Below are positions 38,538 to 52,200 of a stretch of 64,000 nucleotides of DNA, one piece after another; the stretch's first letter is position 1; the number at the start of each line of letters is the position of its first letter. Origin of the DNA: the human T2T-CHM13v2.0 reference genome, Homo sapiens; NCBI RefSeq assembly GCF_009914755.1, contig NC_060944.1; one strand, 5' to 3'. The notes beneath the pieces are model-generated. The model made no database searches, was not told the DNA's origin, and saw only the letters and a program-made list of their open reading frames with translations. A program made the position numbers and the translations under genes.

Positions 38538-41500
38538 CTAACACTCCAGTTGCCATAATTGTTGCTCTGGGGTGGTGCTCACACTGAATGGTTTGTTAAT
38601 TTATTAGTAACAATTCATTAGTGTGTTAACTCAAGCGGTGGAGACACATCTTAATCCCTGCACTTAAGAGGTGCTTTCCCACAAAGGCGGGGCCTTGTGT
38701 TCTTCCTGTGAACAGCCATAGCACCAGCGTGAGAGGCAGGTGCTGTCGAGCGAAGAGCAAATGCCTGCTCTTATGTGGCCAGCCTTCTTTGCCTGGGAGG
38801 TTTGGGGATTTGTTTTTGTTAAATTTCTGGGTCCCCAGCCCAGCTCAAACCCCTCATTGATGCCTGAGCCACTCATAGCAGGCTATGGAATGGCAGCTGA
38901 GCAGCTGGGTCTGGCACCAATAGCTTCATCAACATGACACCCAGACATCCCTCTGGTCGTGGAGCTGACCGTTTGATGCTATATAGACCCACCAGGGCTT
39001 GCAGATGGTCTGTAGAAAGAATGGGCTGGCTTGGTTCATTTTACTTGGGAGGCAAGAAAATTCAGCCTGAGCAAGGGCTTCTGTTGATGCAGGATGGAGG
39101 AGAGGCTGCCCCGCTCATGGCAGAAGGAAGGCTTTGGGCGTCTAATGGGGCTCATGTCTTGGTGACGCCCTTCACGAGGTACATGACTTTGGGCCTTTGG
39201 GCACAGCCTTCTGAGCTTTGTGTTGCTCACCTGCAAAGGGAGAATCCTCAGGTTTTGGGGAGAATGCAATGAGATGACACAAGTAAAGCCCTCAGTGTGG
39301 GGCCTGGTGGGCTGTGGAGCCTGGTGGGCTGCAGGTCCTTGGTAAGAGGGCAGATGTCACCATTATTTCTGAGGGGACTGGGTAGGTTTGTGGATGAGTG
39401 GCTCACATCACCCAAGACCCCATGTTGGGCTCAGCACTGCAGGGTGTTGGAGCTGGGAGGCCTCTGCAGACCAGGTCCACTCATTTTCAAATGGCCTCTT
39501 GGGAGCCACCTAGAGAGGAGAGGACAGGGAAGGGAGGCAGAGAGGCCAGTCTCTGAGCCTCCTCCTCCCCCGTGTCATCTCAGGGTCACCATAGTGCGCT
39601 TCATGGGGTGGGAAGTGGTGGCCTCTAAGTGTCTATCAACTGTGAAGACTGCAAAGAGGGATCCATGGCTGTTGGAGCAATGAGATACGCGATGACGTAG
39701 ACAGATCCGGAAAGCGCATCGTCTCCTGAGCAGAAGGGCACTCATGTAAGCCCAGACCACAAACCTGCACGCAAGTGTTGCATGCATTTAACTTGTGTGT
39801 GTCTAAGGCAATCCATCAGACATACTCCAGGGGATGTCTTTCAGGAGGAAGAAGGAAGGAAATGGGTGTGGAGATGGAAGAGGGGCAAAGGGAAAAATTT
39901 ATACAATAAAATAAGACAGATGAGGGTCCCAACATAGACCAAGGTTGTTAGCATGCCATGGACTCAGTAATGTTACATGCAACTTTCTGTGTCTGCGGTC
40001 CGAAAAGTATGATAAGCAAAAGAGACTATAGAGAGACTGAGGCACAGCAAGGGGCAGGGGGATGGCCAAAATGGTGGTTGGGTGTCACCCAGACACTCAG
40101 GTCCCTCTGGCCGTGGCACTGACAGTCCGGAGTGATGTAGATCCACCAGGGCTTGCAGAAGAGCATGGTTCGGTGCCCATTCTCTGATGTCTGCTTGTGT
40201 GTGCAGAAGAGCTGCTTGGAGCAGGGTCTCACCTTTCCATACCCATCGGCTCCCCCCGCCGCCATCCAGCAGCTGGGTCGCAAGAAAAGGCAAAAGCTAT
40301 TGTGACAGCTTCCTTGTTTTGAGAGGCTTTTGTCGAAGGAGGGAAAAAGAAAAGTCAGGAAACATGTGTGGCTTCAAATTATGTCAGTTATAAAGTTTAT
40401 TGTTAGCCCCCATTATAAAAATCAATATATGCTCCTCATATAGGATTTTAAAAGCACTAAGTTTATTATTTCTCTCTCATTGTAAAATTAACAGTGGTCC
40501 TAATATGCTATTTAGAAAATACAAAGTGGAAAGAAGAAAAATGAAAGTCACGCATCGTCCTTCAACCCGGGGACAACTCCTGCTAACACTCGGATGGATG
40601 AATTTCACATATACATATAAATATTCTCATCTACAGTCAAATTTAATAATGTGAATGCCTTAATAAACCACTAATTCTTCAATTTCATCTTTTGGGTTAA
40701 TTTCCTAGTCTTTAAGGAACTGTTAGATGCAACGCTACGGGTAGTAGGGGAAGGACACGAAAAAAGAAATCTTATTTTTTGGCCAAAATATCCTGCATAT
40801 TGGATTTGCCTTTGTTTTGTTTTGTTTTGCTTTGAGCCTTCTGCCTTGTTAGGCAGCTGTTTGTATACTTTCCTCTGCTTTGGATTTCAGTCTGGAAGCA
40901 GCACATTGATTTTAAACAGAAATACCTTAAAAGAGGTGGTGTTTGGGGGTTTACAATCCCCCCACCATCAGCTTGCAAGTGGTTCTGTTCCGGCTGGCAC
41001 GTTACACCAGTAAGAGGCTTGGTGTATCACCCAGGGAGCAGGTTAGCTAAATTCAAGGTGAACAGACGGCATTCTCTGTTTCTCTTCTGGCTGTCTGCCT
41101 AGTTTGGGGTCTTGGGGAATTGGAGAAGCAAAATTTGGGGGCTGGGATCTTGGACAAGTGCTCACACCACAACCCAAGCCTAAGACCTTATTTTTCCCTT
41201 CCTTCCCTCTTCTTTTTTTTTCAGTTTACAATTAACACTCAGGGTTTAGTCTCCACCCCTCCCTCTTGAAATAGAATTTTTATCTCTTGATTCATGCTAC
41301 AAGATAAAATCCATGTTTATCCAGTTTCATGAATAATTGATAAGCTCTTTCCAACTTGTCAGAAGCAACTTAGCCGTCTCGCCTTGCGGCCTGGAACCCC
41401 TGGCAATTTCCGGAGCACCGGCAAGAGACTTTTGCACAGTTTCTGCTTGGAGTCTACCGACTGTCTGTCTCAGAGGTGGGGGTTTATCTCTTGATCCTGA

Positions 41501-44500
41501 TTCGTGAGTTACAGATTAGGCACTGAAGATTCCAGCACCGGGGATGCGTAGGGCCGGGGGAGGGAGGGAGGTGCACGTCAGAGTCCACTTAGATTTTCTG
41601 AACTCATGTCTGTGACAGGTGCAGACCTGGATTCCACTGGGAGCACCCCCACCCCCACCCCCCACCCAGGGCTAGCAGTTTCAGAGTTCACAGCATTAAT
41701 TAACTCTAATCTGTTCCCTGATAGTTTAAAGCAGGCTCAACATGTGAAAGCATTTTCCTTCCTGCTTATTTAATGGACTTAATGAGATAACAATGAGAAT
41801 CTGTGTTTAGGCTCTGTAGCGCATTTGGCTCTCCCGCCATGTTTGTATGATAAAAGGCAGTGGGCTGTTGTTTATGCGCTTAGCTGGGGTTTATTCTTTT
41901 TAAACAGGTCTGGACAGCTGCTTGTTACATTTGGCTCACGCTAGCTTAAAAAAGGAATTTATGGACCTTACTGCAGAACGTCCCAATTCTTCAGGCCAAG
42001 GTAAATGCAAGTTGGGGTGGTAGTGAAGTTGCAAACTGCCCCTAAGAAAAAAGGTTAACAAGATATTGTTCCTTCCACCCCCGGCCTCCCGTTGGTTCCC
42101 CCACCCCAAGAGCCTTCCCACCAGGCTTCAGGGTGACAAACGCTTGGATTTGATGGGGCTGAGACTTGCTTGTGCCTTTGTTGATGGCAGGGCACTTTTA
42201 TTGAAACTTGTTGAAAGGAGCTAGCTTCGAAGGCTCCTCCAAGATTCTACACCACAGGGGGAAGCAGGACTTTGATTTAAGATACTCACATCTGTCAACC
42301 ACAGGCATTCATTCAGTTTTCTCTTTCATTTGGGGAAGGAAGGGAGAAAATGAATCAGAGGCTGATTTTTTTTTTTTCTGGCCTGTTTTCCCCAAGCTCC
42401 AGGAAATTAAGAAACATGCCATTAGTTTTAGCAAACAATTTGAACAAAGTAAAACCAGATCTCCCACCAAAGGCCGAGGACCATGAGGGGTCTGAGTGCC
42501 CCTGGCCCTGTTTGTGGACTCTGCGGGTCGTGGAGGAGCCATGAAGTGGGAAGAGAGCTTGGGTGATACAGGATGGTGTGCGTGACAGTCCTCCCTGTGT
42601 CTTCTTTGCTACCATATTTATCATAGCTTAGATGTGTGTGGCCTGGTGGCACCAAAGGTGAACAGAAAGCATTTTTGGGGCGCCATGGCCCAGACCTCAG
42701 CCTGAACGTTGTGGGAAGCCAGTGGGTGTCTGCATGTGTTGGCGAGAACCAGTGGGCATCTCCTTGGAAGCCAGTCCCCAAGGTGGCTCTAGATGGCTTA
42801 CTCCTGCATCTTGCCAAATCCACAGGGTCCAGCTGTGTCTCCAGGGCTGCGTGGCTTATTGAAAAAGAGAGTGTATGGTGGATTTCAATATCTATATTCT
42901 ACAAAAAATGTAAAAGGGGCAGGGGACGGGAACAAAGAAACCAGTGCTGGTGATCCTGCCCCCACAGTAAGGTCTGCTTTAGTGTGGACATGGGACAGGG
43001 GCCAGCCCCTGCTGCTCCCTGGGGGAACACAAGTCCGTGGGGGTGGCTCACCATCATGTATGTGATTTTGATGTTTGTACATTTGTTGTACCACATGAAC
43101 CAGTCTTGGACGGCTGTTCTGAGTAAATGGGATGATGTGGGTAAAGCCCCCAAGACCAGAGCCTGGCACAGGGCCGTGCTGGATAATGCTGACTCATGGT
43201 GATGAGGGGAAGGAGGAGGCAGGATGCCATGGGTGAGGAGTCCAGGCTCCAGTGCTGCTGAACCACCATCCACCAGTATGATCTCAGCAAGCCTCTCTCC
43301 ACCTGGACCCAGATGATTCACCCGTTAAACATCCCAGGCACATTGAAGGGAGATGAACAGCGTCCAGCATGGTCCTCAGCTGTGAGAAGCCATACACTCG
43401 CCTTTTCCACCCTACAACTTTCCGTCATCTGGGGTGCAGGTTTCTTTCCTCTCTTTTTACTTATTACAAGGTAAAATACAGTCTTATTACAGAAAACTAG
43501 AAACCAGAAAAGCCCATCACACAGTCATTCATTCAACAAATGCGTATTGGGAAGGGTGGGGATGAGCCCCTGGTGGAAATGGGGTGAAGCCGTGGACTTT
43601 CTCTGGGTGCGATGAAGGCTGACGGAGGGCTTTGAGCATCCTCAAGATTCAGAAGTCTGTTCTCAGTCATCAGCAGCTGTACCAGGAGAGGAAGAACCTC
43701 TGAAGTGTTCTGGCTCCAAAAGCTAGTGAAAGTGCAGATTTCCTGAGAAGGAGTGAAGCTTTGGGCCCTGCCAGGCAGTGATGCTTTCTCAACTTTGGGG
43801 GCAGTAAAATGTACAGACTCCGGGGAAGGAGACCAGGAAGGAGGCTGCAAAGTGTGCATACTCTGGGAAGGGGGCAGGGAAGGCTGGCAAAAAGCTGTTG
43901 GGGACCCAGCCAGGCTGCTTCCCTTGGAGGCCCAGCCTGAGATGTGTTTCCCACCATATATGGCAGAAATGATTTCAGGTGCTATGTAGATAAGCCACGA
44001 ACTATCATTGAATCTTTTCTTGGTTGTATTGTGAAAGAAAAAGTCTCTGTTGGGTGCTGGTGTATCTTCGACACCACTTAACACTTGTCAAGCTCTCCTT
44101 TACTGAGGTAAAGCAGTCCTCAGGCTCAGAGCTTGTGACCAGGGAGCGGTATCTAGCCAAAATTTTATTTCAATGCTTTGTTTTCATTGTCTTTAAAACA
44201 AAAGATGGTTATCTTCCATTTGCCATGAAAGATACTGCTTCCCATTTCTGTTTTTTATTCATTTTTCATTAAGGTATAATTTGCATGCAGTAAAGTCTCG
44301 TCTTTTTAGTGTACAGTTCTGTGGAATTTCGATAAATGTATCCAGTGTGCAACCATCACATCAAGATATAGAAGGGTTCCTTCACCCCTAAATCCTTCCT
44401 TGGGGATGACAACCTCTCTTCACCCTCAGTCCTTTGCAACTAATAATCTGTTTTCTTTTCCTATAGTTTTGTCTTTTCTAGCATGTCCCATAAATGGAAT

Positions 44501-45216
44501 CTTATAGCACGTAGCCTTTTGAGTCTTGCTTCTCTCACTTAGCAGAATGCATCTGATATCCATTCACATTGTGCCTGTATCAGTAGTTCATTCATTTTTA
44601 ATAATGAGTGGTGTTCAGTTGTAGGCCTACACTATAATTTGTAGAGGGACATTAGGATTGTTTCCAGATTTGGCAGTTACAAATAAAGCCCCTATAAACA
44701 TTCACGTACAAGTTTTTCATGAGCATGGGTTTTCATTTCTCTTGGGTAAGTACCGATAAGTAGGATTGCTATGTTGTCTAATACATGCATGTTTAACTTT
44801 GTAAGAAATGGCCAAGCTGTTTTTCAGAGTGGCTATACTATTTTGCATTCCTACCAGCAATGTACGAGAGTTCCAGTTGCTCCATATCCTCATCAGCACT
44901 TGATGTTGTCAGATTTTTTTTTTGTTTTTGTTAGTCTAATGGGTATGTACTAGTATCTCACTGTGGTTTTAGTTTGTATTTTCCTGATGACTAATGATGT
45001 TTAACACCTTTTTATGGGCTTATTTAAAATCACTATATTTTCTTTGGTGAAGATTTCAAACCTTTTGCCCATTTTAAAATTCGAATTGTTTGTGTTTTAT
45101 TATTGAACTTATTGAGTATTTACATATTCTGGATACAAGTTCTTTTCTAGATATGTTATTAGCAAATTATTCTGCTAGCTTTCTTATTAATTTTCTTAAT
45201 GATGTCTCTTGGAGAT

Positions 45217-45599
45217 TGTATTAATTAGTCTGTTCTCATGCTGCTAATAAAGACATACCTGAGACTGAGTAATTTATAAAGGAAAGAGGTTTAATTGACT
45301 CACAGTTCAGCAAGGCTGGGGGAGCCTCAGGAAATGTACAATCATGGAGGAAGGGGAAGCAAATATGTCTTTCTTCACATGGCAGCAGGAAGGAGAAATG
45401 CCAAGCAAAAGGGGGAAAAGCCCCTTATAAAACCATCAGATCTCGTGAGAACTCACTCACTATCACAAGAGCAGCAGCATGGAGGTAACTGCCCCCATGA
45501 TTCAATTACCTCCCACCAGATCCCTCCCATGACATGTGGAGATTTTGGGAACTACAATTCAAGATGAGAGCTGGGTGGGAACACAGCCAAACCATATCA
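45217..45599 (-). mobile_element. THE1 solo LTR (THE1C-like)
   Basis: TGTA...CATGCTGCTAATAAAGACATACCTGAGACTG...ACACAGCCAAACCATATCA with a perfect 5-bp TSD GAGAT (45212-45216, 45600-45604). Confidence 0.92.
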
Positions 45600-46067
45600 G
45601 AGATCATAGGTTGTTAATTTTGATCAAGTATAATTTATCAATTTTTTCTTTTGTGGATTATATTTTTGGGGCCATATCTGAGAAATATTTACTTAATCTA
45701 GGGTCACAAAGATTATCTTCTATGTTTTCTCCTGAAGGTTTTATAGTTTAAAGTTTTACATTGAAGTCTATTATCTATTTTGAGTGAATATTTTGATATA
45801 GTGTGATATATGAATGGAGGTTCATTTTAAAAATAAATATCCAATTATTCCAACCCCATTGGTTGAGAAGACTACTTTTTCTCTACTTAATTGCCTTTGC
45901 AACTGTGTCCTAAATCAACTGACCCACTCTGTATAGGCCTATATCTGGACTTTATAGTCTATTGCGTTGGTCTATATGTCTGCCCTTTCTCTAATTCCAC
46001 ATTCTCTTGAATATCTTACCTTTGTACTAAATCAGGTAGGGTGACTTTATTTAAAATATATTCTTCT

Positions 46068-46362
46068 GGCCAGCTGTGGTGGGTCACATCTGTAATCCCA
46101 GCACTCTGGGAGGCCAAGGTGGGAGAATTGGTTGAGGCCAGGACTTCACAAACAGCCTGGGCATCATAGGGAGACCCCCATCTCTACAAAAAATAATTTT
46201 TAAAAAATTAACTGAGCGTGGTGACACAGGCCTGTAGTCCCACCTACTTAAAGGGCTGAGGTGGGAGGATTGTTTGAGCCAGGAGTTCGGGGCTGCAGTG
46301 AGCTATGATTGTGCTACTGGATTCCAGCCTGGGCAACAGAGCAAGACCTTGTCTCCAAAAAA
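46068..46362 (+). mobile_element. AluJ
   Basis: Diverged dimeric Alu with a J-type right arm. Confidence 0.9.
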
Positions 46363-46366
46363 TATT

Positions 46367-46370
46367 TTAT

Positions 46371-46423
<53 letters not shown>

Positions 46424-46517
46424 CATATATATATATATACATATATATACATATATGTGTATATATATATCTGTATATATATATAACTGTATATATATAA
46501 CTGTATATATATATATA
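46367..46517. repeat. (TA)n microsatellite at the Alu tail
   Basis: About 150 bp TA-rich, with a pure run of about (TA)17 at 46384-46417. Confidence 0.95.
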
Positions 46518-46629
46518 GTTCTATTCTAACTTTATTCTTCTTTTTCAAGATCACTTTTGTTATTTTTTCTTTATCTTTTCATAAAAATTTTAGAATCTGC
46601 TTGTTGATTTCTACAAAAAACTCTGCATT

Positions 46630-46776
46630 ATTTTTAAGTCTTGCTTTGCTGCCCAGGCTGGAGTGCAGTGGCATGATCATGGCTTACAGCAGCTTTGACC
46701 TCCTGGGCTCAAGGGATCCTGCTGCCTCAGCCTCCCAAAGTGCTGGGGTTACATATGTGAGCCACCACATCCAGCC
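46630..46776 (-). mobile_element. Alu monomer (left/right-arm hybrid or FAM/FRAM-like)
   Basis: A right-arm 3' half is joined directly to a left-arm 5' end (CCTCCCAAAGTGCTGGG...TGAGCCACC). Confidence 0.8.
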
Positions 46777-48186
46777 TCCCATGGGTTTTGATTAGAATTA
46801 TGCTGACTGTGTAAATCAGTTTGGAAGAATTGACATCTTCACAATATTGTCTTTGTCAACATGGCATGTCTTTCCATTTATTTAGGTCTTTGATTTCCTT
46901 TATCATTGTCTTTTTGGTTTTCAGCATATAGAGCTTGCATGTCTCTTATAAGATCCATACCTAAGTATTTTATAGGTTTCGGTGCTATTGTAAGTGGTAT
47001 CTTAAAAAATTTCAATTTTCATTGCCAAGTATACAGAAATACAATTAATTTTTGAATATGGATCTTATTAACGTGACCTGGCCGAACTCACTTTTTAGTT
47101 TTAGTAGCTTTTTAATAGACTGTTTGAAATTTATATGTAGATTATCATGTCATCTAGCAATAGAGTTTGAATAATTTCTATTGACCTATCCTCAGGTTAG
47201 TTGATTCTTTTCTTACCTGTGTTGAGTTTACTAATGAGTCTATCAAAATTATTCTTTATCTGTGTGAGTGTTGTTTTTACTTCCAGCATTTCCAATTGAT
47301 TTTTTTCTTATAGTTTCACTCCTCTGCTGAAATTATGCATGTGATAATTCATGATGTTCTCATTTCCAGTAGAGTCTGTAACATATTATTCATAGTTATT
47401 TTAAATTTCTATCCATTGTGTTTCTACCTTTCCAATGTGGATGTCTTTTTTTCCCTTGCCTTATTGTACTGATACAGTATTAGACAGGAGGAATGAGAGC
47501 TGGTATCATCCCTTGTTCTCAATCTTAGGGGAAAAGCATTGTCTTTCACTGTTATGTATGACATTAGAGTTGTAAGTTTTCTTGTAATGTCCTTTATCAG
47601 GTTGAGATTGTTCCCCTCTAGTCTTTGTTTCCTGAGAGTTTTTTTAATCATGAATATGTGTTTATAAAATGCTTTTTCTGTATCTCTTCTGATGATTATT
47701 TGATTTTTATTCTTCAGTTTGATGATATTACATTGAATATTGATATTACAGTGAGTTACATTGATTGAGTTTTTTGAATGTCAGACTATCCTTGCATTCC
47801 TTAAATAAACCCCAGTTGGCTGTAGTGTACTATCCTTTTTATATATGTTTTTTTTTTGCTTGCATTTTGTTAAGGATATTATTTATATTCATGAGGATTA
47901 TTGGTCTGTAGTTTTCTTTTATTATAATGTATTTGTCTGGTTTAGATATCAGGGTTATACTGATCCCATAAAATGAGTTGGAACACGCACCCTCCTTTTT
48001 TTGTATTCTGGGAGAAATTGTGTAAAATTGGTATTATTTCTTTCTTAAATATTCAGTAGAAATAACCAGTGGAGCCATTTGGGCCTGGAGTTTTTTTTTT
48101 TTTTTTCTTCCTTCTTCTTCCTTCCTTCCTTCCTTTTTTTTCACAAGTGCTGACTGCTAGTGAGAGATTTCTTTTTAGAAAGTTTT

Positions 48187-48475
<289 letters not shown>

Positions 48476-49020
48476 TTATGCATTTAAATTTCCTTAATAG
48501 ATATAGGATTATCTATTCTTTGTAAGGTGATTTTCAATGTTCAATCTTCCATTCCTGATATTGATCATTTGTGTTGTCCTTTTCCACTGGTCAGTCTTGA
48601 CAGAGGTTTATCTGTTTTATTATTTTTTTTCAAAGCAGCAGCTATGGGCTTCATTATTTTCTTTTCTCAATTTCATTAATGTCTACTCTTATCTTCATTA
48701 TTTCCTTTCTTTTGTTTATGATTGTTTCATCTTCACTAATGGCTTATTATTATTTATGTCTCTTTAAAAATTTTTAGTTGTTGACCCAAGTTTTATAACA
48801 TGAATCTTTAATTAAAAATTCTAACCTCAAATAATATGATACTACTTTATATCTAGTCTAAGAAACTTACAAAATATGCTAATTATTCTTTTCTCCAACA
48901 CTTTTGTGTCATTGGTGTCATATATTAATATTTTATTTTTATGTATGCTATGAGTACACAACAGCTTGTTACTACTTTTGTTTTTGCTACTACTTTTTTG
49001 AAAGTCAGTTATCTTTTAGA

Positions 49021-49212
49021 TTAGGAATTGACAAATTTTTTCTGTAAAGGGTCAAATAGTAAATGTTTTAGGTCTTGTAGGCCACAAATTCTGGACCCGT
49101 CATAGTGTAAAAGCAGCCATAGACAATACATACATAAACTTGTGTGGCTTTGGTCCAGTAAAAACCTTTATTTACAAAAACAGGCGGTGGGCTAGATTTG
49201 GCCCACAGGCTG
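49021..49212 (+). mobile_element. MER58A
   Basis: TTTTCTGTAAAGGGTCAAATAGTAAAT...AAAGCAGCCATAGACAATA...CTTTATTTACAAAAACAGGCGGTGGGCTAGATTTGGCCC. Confidence 0.85.
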
Positions 49213-52200
49213 GGATACATTTTGGGTTGATAGTTTTTGTTGTTGTTGTTTTAGCACTTGTATTGTCTTGTGGCTTGCCTGACATCTCAGGGGAAGTCTA
49301 ATGTAATTCTTATCTTTGTTCCTCTGCATGTATTATTTTTCTCTGTCTACCTTTATGATTTTCTCTTTATCTTTAGTGTTCAGCAGTTTGAATAAGCTAT
49401 TTCTAGGTGTTTGTTTTTGTTTAATTTATCCTGGTTGGTGTACTCTCAACTTTTTGGATCTGTGGTTTTGTGTCTGTCATTAGTTTTGAAAAATGCTTTT
49501 TGTATAATTTCAACTATTTTAATGTATTAATGTACATCTTTTGTATTTTAATGTATTAATATTGGTTTCATGGCCCATAAAATGGTTTGCTTTGGTTAAT
49601 GTTTCTTGTGTACTTGGGTGGAGTGTTCTATAAATGTCAATTAGATAATTATTTCTTCAAATATTTTTTTCTGCCTCATTCTGTCTTCTCATTCTGTAAT
49701 TCCAGTTACTGTTCTGCTAGACCATTTGTTATTGTCTCACAATTCTTGGATACTCTGCTTATTTTTAAAGCTCCTTTTCCTCTTTGAGCTTGAATAATTT
49801 CTAGTGACCTATCTTAAGTTAGTTGATTCTTTTCTTACCTGTGTTAAATTTACTGATGAGTCTGTCAAAATCATTATCTTTATGAGCATGATTTTTATTT
49901 CAAGAATTTCCATTTGATTTTTTTCTTATCATTTTACTCCTCTGCTGAACTTACCCATTTGATAATTCATGGTGTTCTCATTTCCACTAGAGTCTATAAC
50001 ATTTTATTCAGTTATTTAAAATTCCTATCTAATAATTCCATCATCTGTATCATAGCTGTGTCTAATTCTGTTGATTCTTTTGTCTCTTGACAGTGTGGTT
50101 TTTTTTTCCCTCACTTCTTTGAATGCCTCACATTTTTTTATTGAAAGCCAGACATCTTATGTAGGACAATAGATACTGAGGTTTTGACATCTGGGAATGG
50201 AGCATGTCTTTATTTCTGCTAGGACTTCAGTATGGGCAGTTGAGTTGGTCTATTTAGGAATTCAGATGTGTTAGATTTCATTGTTGGCTATAGTTGCTCC
50301 CAGTGTGCTGCCAGCTTCAAAGTCCTTTTATGTTAGTTTGAGTTTAAGTTGGGCGCTGGTTTGCCAGAGGATTTTTTTCAACCTCTGCTCCACCCTCAGC
50401 TTTTAGTCTTCCTTTGTGCTTTGCCACAGATTGAGTCTCTCTCCTGTCTCTTGTCCCTCTCCCGGGAAGAGACCACTGTTACCTGCTACTCTATATCTGT
50501 TTGCCTGGTAGTAGGGGTTGGGGAATATTCTCTGTTGTGCTTATTTTGTCTCAGTCTTAGCCAGGCACTTCATGGTTCTGTTTAGCTCCCAGCTATTGGT
50601 CTGGGCTTAGGATGCATTCCTGCCCGCCCTACTATACACCAGGAATAGTGTGAGGGTGGTTTGCTGCTGTTGTAGTTTCCTTCAGTCAGTTTCAATAATT
50701 TTCATTAGTGCCCTCATGGCAGTAGGTTTCATTGCCCTTCCCCTAGACATTTTAGGGAGATCCAGGTGAGGATCTGTGCTTTTTCTGCAGTGGTTTCTGT
50801 CCTCCTTCCCCAGTCCTATGCTGCAAGGGATGCTTTCTCAGTATTCTCATCTTGCCCTTTCCTATCTTTTTTGTGGGCACTCAGTTCAGCTATGGAAACA
50901 AGCCTGCATATAGAGTGAATTCATCTTATGTCTGTGGCTCTCAGAAGTGCCATATAGTCTCAGCAGCCCACGCTCAGCCTTTAGCAATTTGTTAAATATT
51001 CTAGCTATTTTTTTTCCTGCCAGCATCTGATGGCACCTACTCCAGGTAAGCAAGTATTCCAGGACTGGAATACTCTCCTTAGAGGTACCTATCTTTCCTT
51101 ACATTTCAGGTTAGCTGGTTGCCTTGTAACTCAGATCTCTGCTGGATTAAAGAAAAGTTGCAAATTTTCAAATTATCTGGCTTGGTTTTCTATTGGAGTA
51201 GGAGGGTCTTTCCAGCATTCTACATCTGAAGCAGTTCAACTTCTTTTAAAAATAAACTTTCTCCACTAAAAATAATGTGTCCTTTAATATATTAATGATA
51301 TGAAGCAAAGCAAATACTATGAAGCAAGGTTAATCGTACAAAGCACCTACAACAGGGCTTTGGAGTCAGCATTCTGTCTCATATTTTCTGTGTGACTTTG
51401 GAGAAGGTATGGACCTTGAGCATCAGTTTCTGTTTCCTTGTCTGTACAATGGAGATCGAATATTATCCAAAGAATTAAAAGAGCTAGTATATAAAAAGTG
51501 CTTGGCTGATGTTAAGTGCTCCACTAAATTGATAAAATTAACAAATGTTATTACTTTACATGGATTTAAAGACCATCTCTGCAGTGTGGAAGACAGTCCC
51601 AGATGCAGTTGGGAAATGAGGTGATTCTTCTCTGTGTGATTCCCAAATCTCCTGGACTCTGGCTGGCATAAGTGTGTGTGTGTGTGTGTTTATGAGAATG
51701 TTCACTCGTAGAATTCTCTAAAGTAGCTTCTGCCACTACTACCACCATTCAAAGCATACTCTAAGGCAAAAGAAGGAAATATTTAAAGAGTGTGAGAGAC
51801 AGTGAAAATATCCAACCCAAGACCAGGCATGGAGAAAGCCCCCAGGAAACATCAGCAAAGTGAGGAGGGAATGTACAGATGGGAGAAGTATGTATGGCTT
51901 GGAATAGACGCCCCCCCAGCTTAGTCCCTGCATGTGAACCAATAGCTGTGTGTCTGGGTGACCTTGGGCTGGACCCTTGACACCCCTGAGCCTCAATTTC
52001 TCATTAGCAAGATGGCAGAAATCTCTGCTGCCCTCCCTCACCTCCTATGATTGTTGTGAAGCCGAAACAAGACCATGTCTGTGACCATTTGGAAACTCTA
52101 CAAACATATCAGGCATTAGTGTTAAAAATGATCACTCAAACCCATTCTGAAAGGTTGAAGGATACGTGAAAAGTGGACCTTGAGGCCTTCTCAATTATGG

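Noticed and set aside
39973-40293. Cys/Trp-rich ORFs that might be a pseudogene or an extra APCDD1L exon
   Set aside because: I recognise no similarity to APCDD1-family or other proteins. Only the splice-site pair was kept as a weak lead.
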